Part shown: positions 8,859 to 17,008 of the stretch, in pieces | Numbering within the stretch: position 1 is the first letter of the stretch | Layout of the letters: each line of letters opens with the position of its first letter | Virus record (IMG/VR): IMGVR_UViG_3300022777_000021 | Location: 1 to 34,636 of that record | Source of the DNA: a virus | Taxonomy: Duplodnaviria; Caudoviricetes | DNA length: 34,636 bases | Reading direction: 5' to 3' (one strand) | The notes under the pieces: generated by a model | Told to the model about the DNA's origin: nothing | Databases searched by the model: none | What the model saw: the letters and a program-made list of their open reading frames with translations, nothing else | Made by a program: the position numbers and the translations under genes

Positions 8859-10013
8859 TCAAAGCCCCCGCCGCCGTCCGGGGTCGGCCCGATAGCGCCC
8901 GGTATCTTCGCTTTGCTTCCGTCCGTCAAGCACAACGTCGGAACGCGCTCCGCCGCGATTGATGGACCCGCGAGCGCGCCCGGTGCCCCCGCCGCCTCCA
9001 CCGCTGCCCGTGCCAAAGTCGGCGTCAAAGTCAACCATGCCGAACGACTCAACGCCAAGGCGACTCGTCACTTGGTCGGGGAGTTGGTCTAAGGCCGTGT
9101 TGATAACGCGGATCATGCCGTTGATAACACCTTGAACGGCGTTCGCGACGGACTCCGCGAGTGAGGTAATACCGTCAATCAGCCCGCGGATAATGTCTTT
9201 GCCCCAGTCGGCGGCGTCGCTGGCGACGTTGCCGGCCCAGTCGGAGAGGTCAGACGCAAGGCCGGTAAAGAAGTCGTTTACGTCACCGACAAATGAACCG
9301 ATTTTGTCAAGCGCCGAGCTAATGAACGACGCAACGCCACCGACCACGGTGTCTATGACGTTGCTAATGATTCGGTTTGTGGTGTCCCGAACGCCCCTGA
9401 AGTTCGTGAGGTACGCCGCGGCAAAAGCAACCACCGCAGCAACGGCGACGGCGAGCGCGGCCGTGGTCGCGCTAATTCCACCGATAATACCCGCTAACGC
9501 CGTTGCCACGCTCTTGAGTGTCGCAGTAAACGCGGACGCTTTGCCAGTCGCAACCGCGACAGACGCCGCGTAGCCAACAATCCCCGTAACGGCACCCGCG
9601 ATTATACCACCAATAACCCCCAAAGCCCCCGCAAGGTCTGCTGCCGCGCCCTCTAAATTGAGGATCGCGTTCGCGGCTGTGAATAGGATTTCCGTGAGGC
9701 CACCCGCGCCGAGGTCGCGCAAGAGTTGGTCAATCTGAAGCCCAATAGCCGAAACAATCGCGCCGAGGCCCGCGGCGAACTCGCTTAGAATGGGCACTTG
9801 CGATAAGAGGCCACCCGCGATAAGCGCGATCCCGGCGACCGCCGCCGACGCCGCGCCCGCTAACCGCTCTGAAAAGCCGACTAATTCCTCGGCTGCGTCA
9901 CCGGATTGCTCTGCCGTGTCCTCCATTGATTCGCCGATCTCCTCCACGTCCTCGCGGGTTTCGGCGACGCCTTCGGACTTGATGGCGACTTTAAGCTCCT
10001 CGGCTGTAACCAT
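8859..10013 (-). CDS. Tape measure protein (short, 384 aa)
   Basis: Ala/Gly-rich helical protein with hydrophobic segments, WGKDIIRGLIDGI motif and terminal VVLDGRK; follows the tail chaperones. Confidence 0.85.
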   Translation of the reverse strand: MVTAEELKVAIKSEGVAETREDVEEIGESMEDTAEQSGDAAEELVGFSERLAGAASAAVAGIALIAGGLLSQVPILSEFAAGLGAIVSAIGLQIDQLLRDLGAGGLTEILFTAANAILNLEGAAADLAGALGVIGGIIAGAVTGIVGYAASVAVATGKASAFTATLKSVATALAGIIGGISATTAALAVAVAAVVAFAAAYLTNFRGVRDTTNRIISNVIDTVVGGVASFISSALDKIGSFVGDVNDFFTGLASDLSDWAGNVASDAADWGKDIIRGLIDGITSLAESVANAVQGVINGMIRVINTALDQLPDQVTSRLGVESFGMVDFDADFGTGSGGGGGGTGRARGSINRGGARSDVVLDGRKQSEDTGRYRADPGRRRGL

Positions 10014-10014
10014 A

Positions 10015-10167
10015 TTACACCTCTGCCGGTGCGTGTTTCTTTGCGAACTCCCACCCAGCGAAGGCCATGCTCACAAAGACGCCCACCATGCCGGCGAGTG
10101 AACCCGTGGCGATCATGAAGACAATACTCAACACCGCAGCACCTAACGCGTAATGGATTCTATCCAT
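10015..10167 (-). CDS. Small membrane protein (50 aa)
   Basis: MDRIHYALGAAVLSIVFMIATGSLAGMVGVFVSMAFAGW; start chosen from promoter spacing and cgcgt-ATG context. Confidence 0.65.
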   Translation of the reverse strand: MDRIHYALGAAVLSIVFMIATGSLAGMVGVFVSMAFAGWEFAKKHAPAEV

Positions 10168-10256
10168 ACGCGTGACTTCACGCCGCGGCACAAAAAGCGT
10201 GCGGGCTAATACAACCGAAAACAATAAGGTGGTGGTGGAGGTAGTAGAAACTGCCT

Positions 10257-10673
10257 ATGTCACAAAAAGGCGAACTTATTGGCGAGAAGCGGTATACACT
10301 CCACCGCTCTCCGAAGGCTAACAATTCGCAAGATGTTGAGCCGCGGATAAATGTCGGCGATTTGGATGTTGAAAGGGGGCAACATATTGTTGTTGAAGCG
10401 GCAGAGTCCCACGGGGGATCGGGTTGGGCGTCCGTTTGGGAGTGTGACGTTTATAATACTCGGAGTGCTATTACGCTCCCGAAAAATAAAATTGAAGATG
10501 GTAAATTATTACCCGGAGACACGATATTCCTCCGCGTCTATGAGGCAGTAGAGGGTGATGCTAAAATTGATGAGTCCCACGTTGAGAAATACGACAAATC
10601 GGATGAAATTGACGAGATTCTTGCGAAGGTGAATGAACTATATGAGGCGTATCTTGAGGCAAAGCATGAGTAA
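10257..10673 (+). CDS. AbrB/SpoVT-like DNA-binding protein
   Basis: AITLPKNKIEDGKLLPGDTIFLRV swapped-hairpin motif; AT-rich insert on the opposite strand. Confidence 0.6.
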   Translation: MSQKGELIGEKRYTLHRSPKANNSQDVEPRINVGDLDVERGQHIVVEAAESHGGSGWASVWECDVYNTRSAITLPKNKIEDGKLLPGDTIFLRVYEAVEGDAKIDESHVEKYDKSDEIDEILAKVNELYEAYLEAKHE

Positions 10674-10779
10674 GGTGGAGTGCGATTCATGCGGGTACTC
10701 GTGGGAATACTCGGGTGAGTTACTAAGTGCGACGTGTCCGAGTTGCCAATCAAAAACGAAAGTAGAAAAAGACGACTAA
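10666..10779 (+). CDS. Zn-finger microprotein (37 aa)
   Basis: MSKVECDSCGYSWEYSGELLSATCPSCQSKTKVEKDD. Confidence 0.75.
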   Translation: MSKVECDSCGYSWEYSGELLSATCPSCQSKTKVEKDD

Positions 10780-10944
10780 CGTCCGCCGCCCGAATCCTTG
10801 TATTTCTCTTTATACATCCGCCGCCGAATCAACGCCGTCATGTACCGATCCCACCGATCCATCCGGTGTATCTCGGCGGCCGTTTTGCCGGTCGCGTCTT
10901 GAACGAGGGCGTACTGAAACAGCCTGTCGCTACTCTTTGCGAAA
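10776..10944 (-). CDS. C-terminal (+1 frame) part of the tail assembly chaperone, gpGT-like
   Basis: Overlaps the end of the chaperone ORF in the +1 frame at GGG TTT CGC (10947-10939). Confidence 0.7.
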
Positions 10945-11418
10945 CCCGTCAGCCTCCCCCCTAAGGCGTTCATCCTCGGTTTGAAGCGCGTCCATCACCT
11001 CCTCAAGAATCGTCCGCACCGGGCCGACGCCTTCCGCTTGATACGTCTGATACACGCCCCGCGCCGTGAGTTCGTCGTCGTCAATCAACCCGTCAATAAT
11101 GTCGGCAAGTTCGCGCATAATATCGCTCACGCCGTTTTCGGCGTCCTCGTCGTTGGCGCGGCGTTTCGCCTCCTCGTCTAAGCGTTCCACGCGCTCGATG
11201 AACTCGCCGTTGAGCCGCCCGGACACGGGCACGGTGACGCCCGCGATTGTCGCTTTCGTCTCAAGCAACGGTGCGCCCTCCTCGTCGGCCACCGCGTCAA
11301 GGAGGTCGTGCTGTTCGGCCTGTTTCTCCTCAAAGGACTGCGCGGCGTCAAGCGCAAGGTCGGCCGCGAGTTCGTCCAAATTGTCGGCGTCCATGCCCGG
11401 CGGTTGGTCGTCGGTCAT
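10930..11418 (-). CDS. Tail assembly chaperone, gpG-like
   Basis: Acidic ORF between tail tube and tape measure genes, with a slippery site near its end. Confidence 0.75.
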   Translation of the reverse strand: MTDDQPPGMDADNLDELAADLALDAAQSFEEKQAEQHDLLDAVADEEGAPLLETKATIAGVTVPVSGRLNGEFIERVERLDEEAKRRANDEDAENGVSDIMRELADIIDGLIDDDELTARGVYQTYQAEGVGPVRTILEEVMDALQTEDERLRGEADGFRKE

Positions 11419-11421
11419 GCG

Positions 11422-11892
11422 TTAGGCCCCGGACGTGTCGCTGAGGTCACTAAGCTGGCGACCGGACCCGCTTAGGTCGAACTCCTCATACTCGCCGTAA
11501 CTCCCCTCTACGACCGGGAACTCGGGGAACACGACGTTTTCAACGACGGCCGTGCGCTCAAAGCCGCCGTCCGCGCTCGGAGTGACGGAAACAAGATTGA
11601 ACTTCATCGGGTCGTTGTTATCTTGTGACGCCGTGGCGGTCGCGCCCTCCCCACCGAGCCATTCTTGCGCGGCGTCGGGGTGGAACTTCGCATACGTGAT
11701 TTCGACGTTCACGTTATGCTCAAAGCGTTTTACGGTGTCGCGGAACGAGGAGTCCATCGTATACAGTTCCTCATGCTCATACGCCGGCACAATCGATACC
11801 TCTTGAATCCCGGCAATCGGGACGGACTCATCGGCGGAGTTCTGGATACTGAGCGTGCGGGCGTTGGACCACAGAGACTGAGCGGTACTCAT
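11422..11892 (-). CDS. Major tail tube protein
   Basis: 156 aa, IAGIQEVSI...YEEFDLSGSG; synteny; ATG at 11892 fixed by promoter spacing. Confidence 0.75.
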   Translation of the reverse strand: MSTAQSLWSNARTLSIQNSADESVPIAGIQEVSIVPAYEHEELYTMDSSFRDTVKRFEHNVNVEITYAKFHPDAAQEWLGGEGATATASQDNNDPMKFNLVSVTPSADGGFERTAVVENVVFPEFPVVEGSYGEYEEFDLSGSGRQLSDLSDTSGA

Positions 11893-11915
11893 ACGCGGCA
11901 CAAAACGCCCCGTCC

Positions 11916-11929
11916 CCTAAGCGTTTGCC
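11916..11929 (-). promoter_or_regulatory. Conserved late promoter (GGCAAACGCTTAGG)
   Basis: 24 nt before the tail tube ATG. Confidence 0.75.
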
Positions 11930-11945
11930 CTATCGCACACGAAAA

Positions 11946-12032
11946 CGTCGCGCCACGGTCGGCCTCCCATCCCAGTACCCTCCCGCTTTTCGCGGGGTGT
12001 GGAAGTCATTGCCCTTCCGTGGCCTTATCGAC
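11946..12032 (-). ncRNA. Structured intergenic RNA candidate B
   Basis: Nested stems gtcg/cgac, gccacgg/ccgtggc, cttcca/tgggag and cccgc-gaaaa-gcggg. Confidence 0.4.
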
Positions 12033-12070
12033 ACAAACGGATAGAACGGACGGTGGGTTATAGATTGTGG

Positions 12071-12370
12071 TTAGTCGTCGTCGTCGTCGTTCTCGTTTGC
12101 CTCGGTGTCGGTGAATTGTATCTCGCCCACGTTGCCGATTGTGACGGATTCGATTTCAACGCCGAAGATAAGCATGAGCGTCAACATACTCATGCCGACA
12201 ATGCCCAACACGACATACGGGCCGGACCCTTGCTCAAGCGCCCACAACGCGATCATAATCACGCCAACGCCGTAAATGACCGATATGAGTTGGCGGTGCC
12301 ACGGGATCATTTTCATAGACCACTCCGTGCGATACTGAACCGTACACAGGCGATTGTGTGCGACACTCAT
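12071..12370 (-). CDS. Two-TM membrane protein, holin-like candidate
   Basis: Two hydrophobic helices and an acidic tail; start codon uncertain. Confidence 0.6.
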   Translation of the reverse strand: MSVAHNRLCTVQYRTEWSMKMIPWHRQLISVIYGVGVIMIALWALEQGSGPYVVLGIVGMSMLTLMLIFGVEIESVTIGNVGEIQFTDTEANENDDDDD

Positions 12371-12419
12371 GACTCACTACCTTCATGTTTGCCCGCCGTA
12401 ATATTAAGGGTCGGTCCAC

Positions 12420-12887
12420 TCATGGCTTTTCAGTATCAGATAAGCCCGTCGTCTCAATCTCGACGGCCATGACGTAGTGGCGCGTATCCCGCGCGGGCTT
12501 TTGCTCCCGAAAGTCGCGCTGATTAACCGGGTGTACGTCACTATACGGCGTATTCGTCGCGTTGTCGTCAAGAAATTGCGACAAGATTCGGGTTACGTCG
12601 GCTTGGAGTTGCCGCGCTTCCGTTTCGTCTAAGCTCCAGATTTGTACCTCGGTGGTTGTGTCCTCGCGGAACTCGTCGCCGTCCATGCTAAAGGTTTCAA
12701 GTGACGAGTCGGTCGGACTCCACACGTATAGCACGGCGGGTTGCCCGTCGCCCGGCCCGCGTTCTTGCTGGCTATCCGCCCAATAGGTGCGCACATCGGG
12801 CGTGTCGCGTGTCCAATCCGTATCAGGGGCCGCCTCAAGCAGGGCGATAATCTCCTCAACGTGGGTCGTCGTGTCCGTCGCGCTCAT
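12420..12887 (-). CDS. Tail terminator/completion protein
   Basis: Synteny before the tail tube; PAVLYVW...EVQIWS...ARQLQADV pattern. Confidence 0.65.
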   Translation of the reverse strand: MSATDTTTHVEEIIALLEAAPDTDWTRDTPDVRTYWADSQQERGPGDGQPAVLYVWSPTDSSLETFSMDGDEFREDTTTEVQIWSLDETEARQLQADVTRILSQFLDDNATNTPYSDVHPVNQRDFREQKPARDTRHYVMAVEIETTGLSDTEKP

Positions 12888-12924
12888 ACGACGCCATACG
12901 AAAAGGAAGGGGTTAGTGGTTCGG

Positions 12925-13170
12925 TTAGTCTACCTGCGTAAAGATACGCTTCACTTCCTCGGGCGGAGCCTTGTGTGCGTCGCGCGCATGGGGCGCACGT
13001 CCGTCTTTCGGCACGGTTGCGCCGCAACGGTCACACTCGTAGGTCGGCGGCGTGTCGTCGCGCTCACGGGCGTCTAAGCGCAGGCGGATTTGTTGTAACT
13101 CGGTTAGTATGCCTATTAGTATGTCCTTGTCGTCTAAGTCGTCGTATTGGTCGGCGTAGTCGTCACTCAT
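12925..13170 (-). CDS. C2H2-type Zn-finger protein
   Basis: CDRCG...HARDAH. Confidence 0.75.
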   Translation of the reverse strand: MSDDYADQYDDLDDKDILIGILTELQQIRLRLDARERDDTPPTYECDRCGATVPKDGRAPHARDAHKAPPEEVKRIFTQVD

Positions 13171-13288
13171 CGTTGTCCTCTCGCATGAGTCGGCGGAGCA
13201 TTGAGTCCCACGTTTCCATGTCGCGCTTTTCCTCGCGCAACTCGTCGTAGGTATCCTTTGCGATCTTGAGGTTCTTACGCTCGCTCAT
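13163..13288 (-). CDS. Small RHH/antitoxin-like DNA-binding protein (41 aa)
   Basis: MSERKNLKIAKDTYDELREEKRDMETWDSMLRRLM. Confidence 0.75.
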   Translation of the reverse strand: MSERKNLKIAKDTYDELREEKRDMETWDSMLRRLMREDNDE

Positions 13289-13481
13289 ATGGTCCCTGCG
13301 AATGACCTTGGCACTTTGGACACTTATCTTGGCCGCACCACGCGGATTTGGATGTGACGGCATGTGGTATGTTTCGGGGGTTCACGGTCGCAAAACACTC
13401 TTGGCACTTGAATCGCTCCTCTCCTAACCGTTCGAACTCCCCATAAAAGTCACACTCGGGGCAAAATCCACTTGTGGCCAT
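13275..13481 (-). CDS. Zn-ribbon protein
   Basis: CPEC...CQEC...CPKC. Confidence 0.7.
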   Translation of the reverse strand: MATSGFCPECDFYGEFERLGEERFKCQECFATVNPRNIPHAVTSKSAWCGQDKCPKCQGHSQGPYERA

Positions 13482-13482
13482 T

Positions 13483-13914
13483 TCAAACCCGCTCCATGCT
13501 CACACTTAAGGTGCCAGCCATGAAGCCTTGCGATTCTATGACGCTGTTATCCCACGCTTGAACGACTATCTCGCCCGCGCCGGGGTCGTCCACGTCGTAA
13601 CTCATGCCGCTCGTAACCATGCCAATCGCGTCGTCGCGGTCAACGGTCACGGTGAGCGTGGCGTCGGTGCCGACGTGCCGCCCGTCACTACCGAACACAT
13701 GACCGCTCGGAGAGACGCGGCGACCGTCAACGACAAGACGGGTGTCGGTGAAGTGGTCGTCGACACCGACGAGTTCCGCGGTGCCGGACGCGGTGACCGT
13801 CTCGCCGCGACCGTTGTAGTTGCTGTCGTATTCAATCGTGAGGTGCGCACCGTCAAGACGCGAGTCGATCGGTGAAACGTGGTCGGGGAGCGTGACTTTG
13901 ACTTGTTCCGTCAT
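13483..13914 (-). CDS. Hypothetical protein (143 aa)
   Basis: Acidic ORF; ATG at 13914 lies at the end of a duplicated promoter. Confidence 0.8.
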   Translation of the reverse strand: MTEQVKVTLPDHVSPIDSRLDGAHLTIEYDSNYNGRGETVTASGTAELVGVDDHFTDTRLVVDGRRVSPSGHVFGSDGRHVGTDATLTVTVDRDDAIGMVTSGMSYDVDDPGAGEIVVQAWDNSVIESQGFMAGTLSVSMERV

Positions 13915-13945
13915 CACATATACAACATACACCCGTGGGTACTTA
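13912..13945 (-). promoter_or_regulatory. Duplicated 34-bp promoter, copy 1
   Basis: taagtacccacgggtgtatgttgtatatgtgATG, 31/34 identical to 32988-33021. Confidence 0.8.
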
Positions 13946-13963
13946 AAGTTATCCCTCAAGGGG

Positions 13964-14383
13964 CTATAGGTCTAACCCGTGATTGTTGAGCCACGGGAGC
14001 ATCCGGTCGGCGGCGGGTTCTAAGTAAGGTTGCGGGGTGATTCCCTGCTCGGGGATCTTTTGAGTCGCTACCCACACGCCAAAGCCGGGGTCTTTGCCGA
14101 TCCGTTCGGCCCACCGAACGAGGGGTTGAATCGGCGGTGTATGGCCCGGTTCGGTTCCGAATTCCATCGGGGCAGCCTGTCGGGCCTGATACCCGAACAC
14201 AACGTCCTCCCCACGGAACTCCGGCGGAAACCCCGATGGCTTGAGCGTGCCGGTGTCAAAGGGCACCTCCTCTCGTGACACGGCAAACCCGAGGTCCGCC
14301 GCGTCTTTGATTCGGTCGCGGTGGGCCTGATACACGTCCTCGGCGGTGACGTCAACGTCAAGCTCTACACTTGCGGATAACAT
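13964..14383 (-). CDS. HK97 gp10-like neck/tail completion protein
   Basis: VPFDTGTL...APMEFGT...GITPQPYLEPA. Confidence 0.8.
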   Translation of the reverse strand: MLSASVELDVDVTAEDVYQAHRDRIKDAADLGFAVSREEVPFDTGTLKPSGFPPEFRGEDVVFGYQARQAAPMEFGTEPGHTPPIQPLVRWAERIGKDPGFGVWVATQKIPEQGITPQPYLEPAADRMLPWLNNHGLDL

Positions 14384-14384
14384 T

Positions 14385-14813
14385 CTAATACGTGCGCACT
14401 ACTGATATGGAGTTATCCATCCACACATGACGTAAGGCCGTGCGACCATAGCGCGTTTGCTGTAAGTAGTCCTCGCCCGCGCCACCGTTCGCGTATGACA
14501 CACTCCCGCCCTCGCCACTTTCGCTTTGAGCCTCCCCACCTTCGGCGAGTTCCATTTTGTGAGCAGCCAGCGCCAACGTAAACACTTCGGCGTCCCCGTC
14601 AAGCGTCGGTAAGCGACTCATGTCCTCACTATACAGCGTGTCACGCTCGCCGAGCGCGTTGCGGATCGCTTCGGCTTTGCGATCACGGGAGAGTTGCGAC
14701 CATCCCGTTGAGGAGAGGAGTTCCACCTGTTCAATCAGGTCGTCTTGCTCTCGAATGGTGAGGTCGGTGTCCCAATCGGATTTGCTAACCTCGTCAATGC
14801 TCGGGTCGGGCAT
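14385..14813 (-). CDS. Head-tail adaptor protein
   Basis: ALAAH...SESGEGGSVSY...YLQQTRYGR; start at MPDPS chosen from promoter spacing. Confidence 0.7.
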   Translation of the reverse strand: MPDPSIDEVSKSDWDTDLTIREQDDLIEQVELLSSTGWSQLSRDRKAEAIRNALGERDTLYSEDMSRLPTLDGDAEVFTLALAAHKMELAEGGEAQSESGEGGSVSYANGGAGEDYLQQTRYGRTALRHVWMDNSISVVRTY

Positions 14814-14865
14814 GGGCGTGTGTTCGGGCCGACGTTTCAAAACGTTATGCCCCCTACAGACGGGT

Positions 14866-14960
14866 GGCCGCCCCGTCGCGCCACAAACACGGGCTTAGTG
14901 GTGACGGTACTGGATGACCGCGGGCTTTCCGCCCGTTCGCTCGCGTGACTTACGGCGGCC
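14866..14960 (-). ncRNA. Structured RNA candidate A (twister-like topology)
   Basis: 7-bp closing stem ggccgcc/ggcggcc, UAA, gtcac/gtggc, cgggc-ggaaa-gcccg, cgg...aagc-ccg, possible ccgtc/gacgg pseudoknot. Confidence 0.5.
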
Positions 14961-16426
14961 TATTGATAGTGCCGCGTATCAATGGGGAATACGCCCGTGA
15001 GTCCGTCGTCGCTTACCCCGTGTGCGTGTGCGATAGTCGGCACGTTCGGCCCGGTTACCTCACCGAGTTTCCGCGCATACTCCCCGCCGGGTTTCGGACT
15101 CCCGGTGATAAGCACGGGCGGGCCGTTCCACGGCAAGCGCCCTGATACGTGGTGGTGGCCCATCCATATCATGTCCACCGCCGTCCCCGCGTTCAGACTA
15201 TCGAGGATCGTACTCAGCCATTCCTTCTTCCGTGCCGACGTGTCGGCCTGCGGGCTTCGGTCTTGCCCGTGGCGCAATTGGCCGTGTATCTCGCCGTCGC
15301 GGAGATAGAACACCGTGGGTCGGCCGGCGCGGCCGATCGTAAACTCCACGTTCGCAAGCTCCCCGAGTTCTTGAAGCGCGGCCACCGTGTTTCGCACGGA
15401 CTTATACAGTATGAGGTCGGCGTTGGCTTGCTTTGACGATCCGTTCGCGCGTATCTCGCCGTGGTTGCCCGCCTGACACACGATATGGACTTGTGGGAAC
15501 GTTTCGGATAGCGCCTTCAAGTGCCGGATGAGTGGATCATGGAGTACGTCAATCTGTTCGTCAAGCCATGCGTCTAAGTCCTCAAATTGACCCTCATAAA
15601 TTGATTCGTTCGTCACAAAGTCACCGCCCCACAAGGAGTATGCCGTGCGATAGTCCGACCCGTGTTTGTCCGCGAGCGCGAGCGACCGTTCGGTAATGTG
15701 GTCAATCATCGGCGGCAAGTCCTCGGTGCGGTGTACTACGTCGCCCTGATAGCCTAACACCTCGTCGCCAGCGTGGAGGTCGGTCAGGTGTGTCACCCAA
15801 TCCTCTGCGCCCGTGGCGTCCGTCGCGGGCGTCGCCGTGGGCGTCTCAAGTTCTCGAAAGCGTCGCTCAAGCGCCGAGTGTGTGAGTTCCCACCAGCGGT
15901 TTGCCTTTCGCGTTCGGGTGCCTTTGTGTTCGCTTGACCGCAGGGGTTCATCCGTCTCTAAGCCGATGTATTCCGCCGTCTCGTCAATATAGACCTTCCA
16001 CCCTGACCGCCGGAGTTCGCGTAAGTGTTCGGTTACGATTGCGTCGCGTTCGTCAAGTCGCGCGGTGAGGTCGGCAAGTGTCGCCCCGGTTTGGAGTTCC
16101 GAAATAAGCACGCGCTCGCGGTCTGTGAGGTCATCCATGTCCGGGGCGTCGTCGGCAACGGGCGTGTCACTCAAGTCCGGCAGCGCGTCGCTCTCGTCGG
16201 TTTCGTCCGTTGTAATAGGTTCCTCCGGCGGGTTCGCAAGCGTGTATGTGACTTGATTCCCGTCGCGCTCCGCGAGGATATGGACCCCGGCGTTTCGAAG
16301 CGCGTGGAAGTGATCCGAAACGGTAGATTTTGTGACGCCAAGCGCGTCGGCAACCTCCTCGCGTGTAGTTGCTCCGTCCGTCAACTCACGCAGTACCTCG
16401 GCCTGCCGCTCCGAAAGGTCGGGCAT
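14960..16426 (-). CDS. Tandem wHTH + calcineurin-like metallophosphoesterase (488 aa)
   Basis: Two HTH repeats (LSERQAEVL..., LTDRERVL...) followed by the motifs TDLHAG, GGDFV, GNHG, RHG and GHHH. Confidence 0.85.
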   Translation of the reverse strand: MPDLSERQAEVLRELTDGATTREEVADALGVTKSTVSDHFHALRNAGVHILAERDGNQVTYTLANPPEEPITTDETDESDALPDLSDTPVADDAPDMDDLTDRERVLISELQTGATLADLTARLDERDAIVTEHLRELRRSGWKVYIDETAEYIGLETDEPLRSSEHKGTRTRKANRWWELTHSALERRFRELETPTATPATDATGAEDWVTHLTDLHAGDEVLGYQGDVVHRTEDLPPMIDHITERSLALADKHGSDYRTAYSLWGGDFVTNESIYEGQFEDLDAWLDEQIDVLHDPLIRHLKALSETFPQVHIVCQAGNHGEIRANGSSKQANADLILYKSVRNTVAALQELGELANVEFTIGRAGRPTVFYLRDGEIHGQLRHGQDRSPQADTSARKKEWLSTILDSLNAGTAVDMIWMGHHHVSGRLPWNGPPVLITGSPKPGGEYARKLGEVTGPNVPTIAHAHGVSDDGLTGVFPIDTRHYQ

Positions 16427-16467
16427 TACCGGAGGGAGGGCCTACGCCCGCAAAAAGCCACGCCCGC

Positions 16468-16704
16468 TTACAGGTCGTACTCGCCGAGCGTCCGTTGAAC
16501 GACAAAGTAACTGCGAATCTCTAAGAGCGTAGACCGCCCGCTTATCTCGTCCGTGTCGGCCGCGCCCGCCAACCGGCGCTTGAAGTGTTTATCAAACTCG
16601 TCAAACTCGGCGGCGCTAAAGGTCAACGCCTCCACCTCGTTGCGTTCAATGGCGGTCTCCGCGACGAGTTTGGGCGGCGCGGGTGGGGCGTCGGTGGTGC
16701 TCAT
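16468..16704 (-). CDS. Small protein, Rho-N/HeH-like
   Basis: RRLAGAADTDEISGRST resembles 16799-17008; ATGA coupled. Confidence 0.6.
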   Translation of the reverse strand: MSTTDAPPAPPKLVAETAIERNEVEALTFSAAEFDEFDKHFKRRLAGAADTDEISGRSTLLEIRSYFVVQRTLGEYDL

Positions 16705-16802
16705 TTTGTGGCCCAAGTTGAATGTTCGGCGCGTCGGTGATCGCGTAGCATTTCTTCGGCAGCAAACCCTTCAAACACAGCCCCGCAATGCTCGCACTTC
16801 AT
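16701..16802 (-). CDS. C2H2 Zn-finger microprotein (33 aa)
   Basis: MKCEHCGAVFEGFAAEEMLRDHRRAEH; ATGA overlaps on both sides. Confidence 0.7.
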   Translation of the reverse strand: MKCEHCGAVFEGFAAEEMLRDHRRAEHSTWATK

Positions 16803-17008
16803 GTATCCACCCGTTGTTTCCCTTCAAGCACCTCCCGTATCTCGTCGGCTTTGCTCTTGCCGTTCACCTCGTCGGTCGGGTGTGCTGCCGCGAGACTCTG
16901 GAGTTCGCGCCCGTCCATGCGCTCAAGTTCGGCCTCCGAATAGGAGTCGTCGACGAACTCGCCGTCCGGGATGAACGACCGCGACCATGTGGGTGGGTTG
17001 CTACTCAT
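16799..17008 (-). CDS. Rho-N/HeH-like small protein (69 aa)
   Basis: YSEAELERMDGRELQSLAAAHPTDEVNGKSKADEIREVL. Confidence 0.7.
   Translation of the reverse strand: MSSNPPTWSRSFIPDGEFVDDSYSEAELERMDGRELQSLAAAHPTDEVNGKSKADEIREVLEGKQRVDT

Noticed and set aside
11917-12009. 30-codon minus-strand ORF MTSTPREKREG... within element B
   Set aside because: Basic composition, no coupling or promoter, and it overlaps the next promoter.
14866-14960. tRNA or hammerhead ribozyme
   Set aside because: It has a 7-bp closing stem but no T-loop and no CUGAUGA core.
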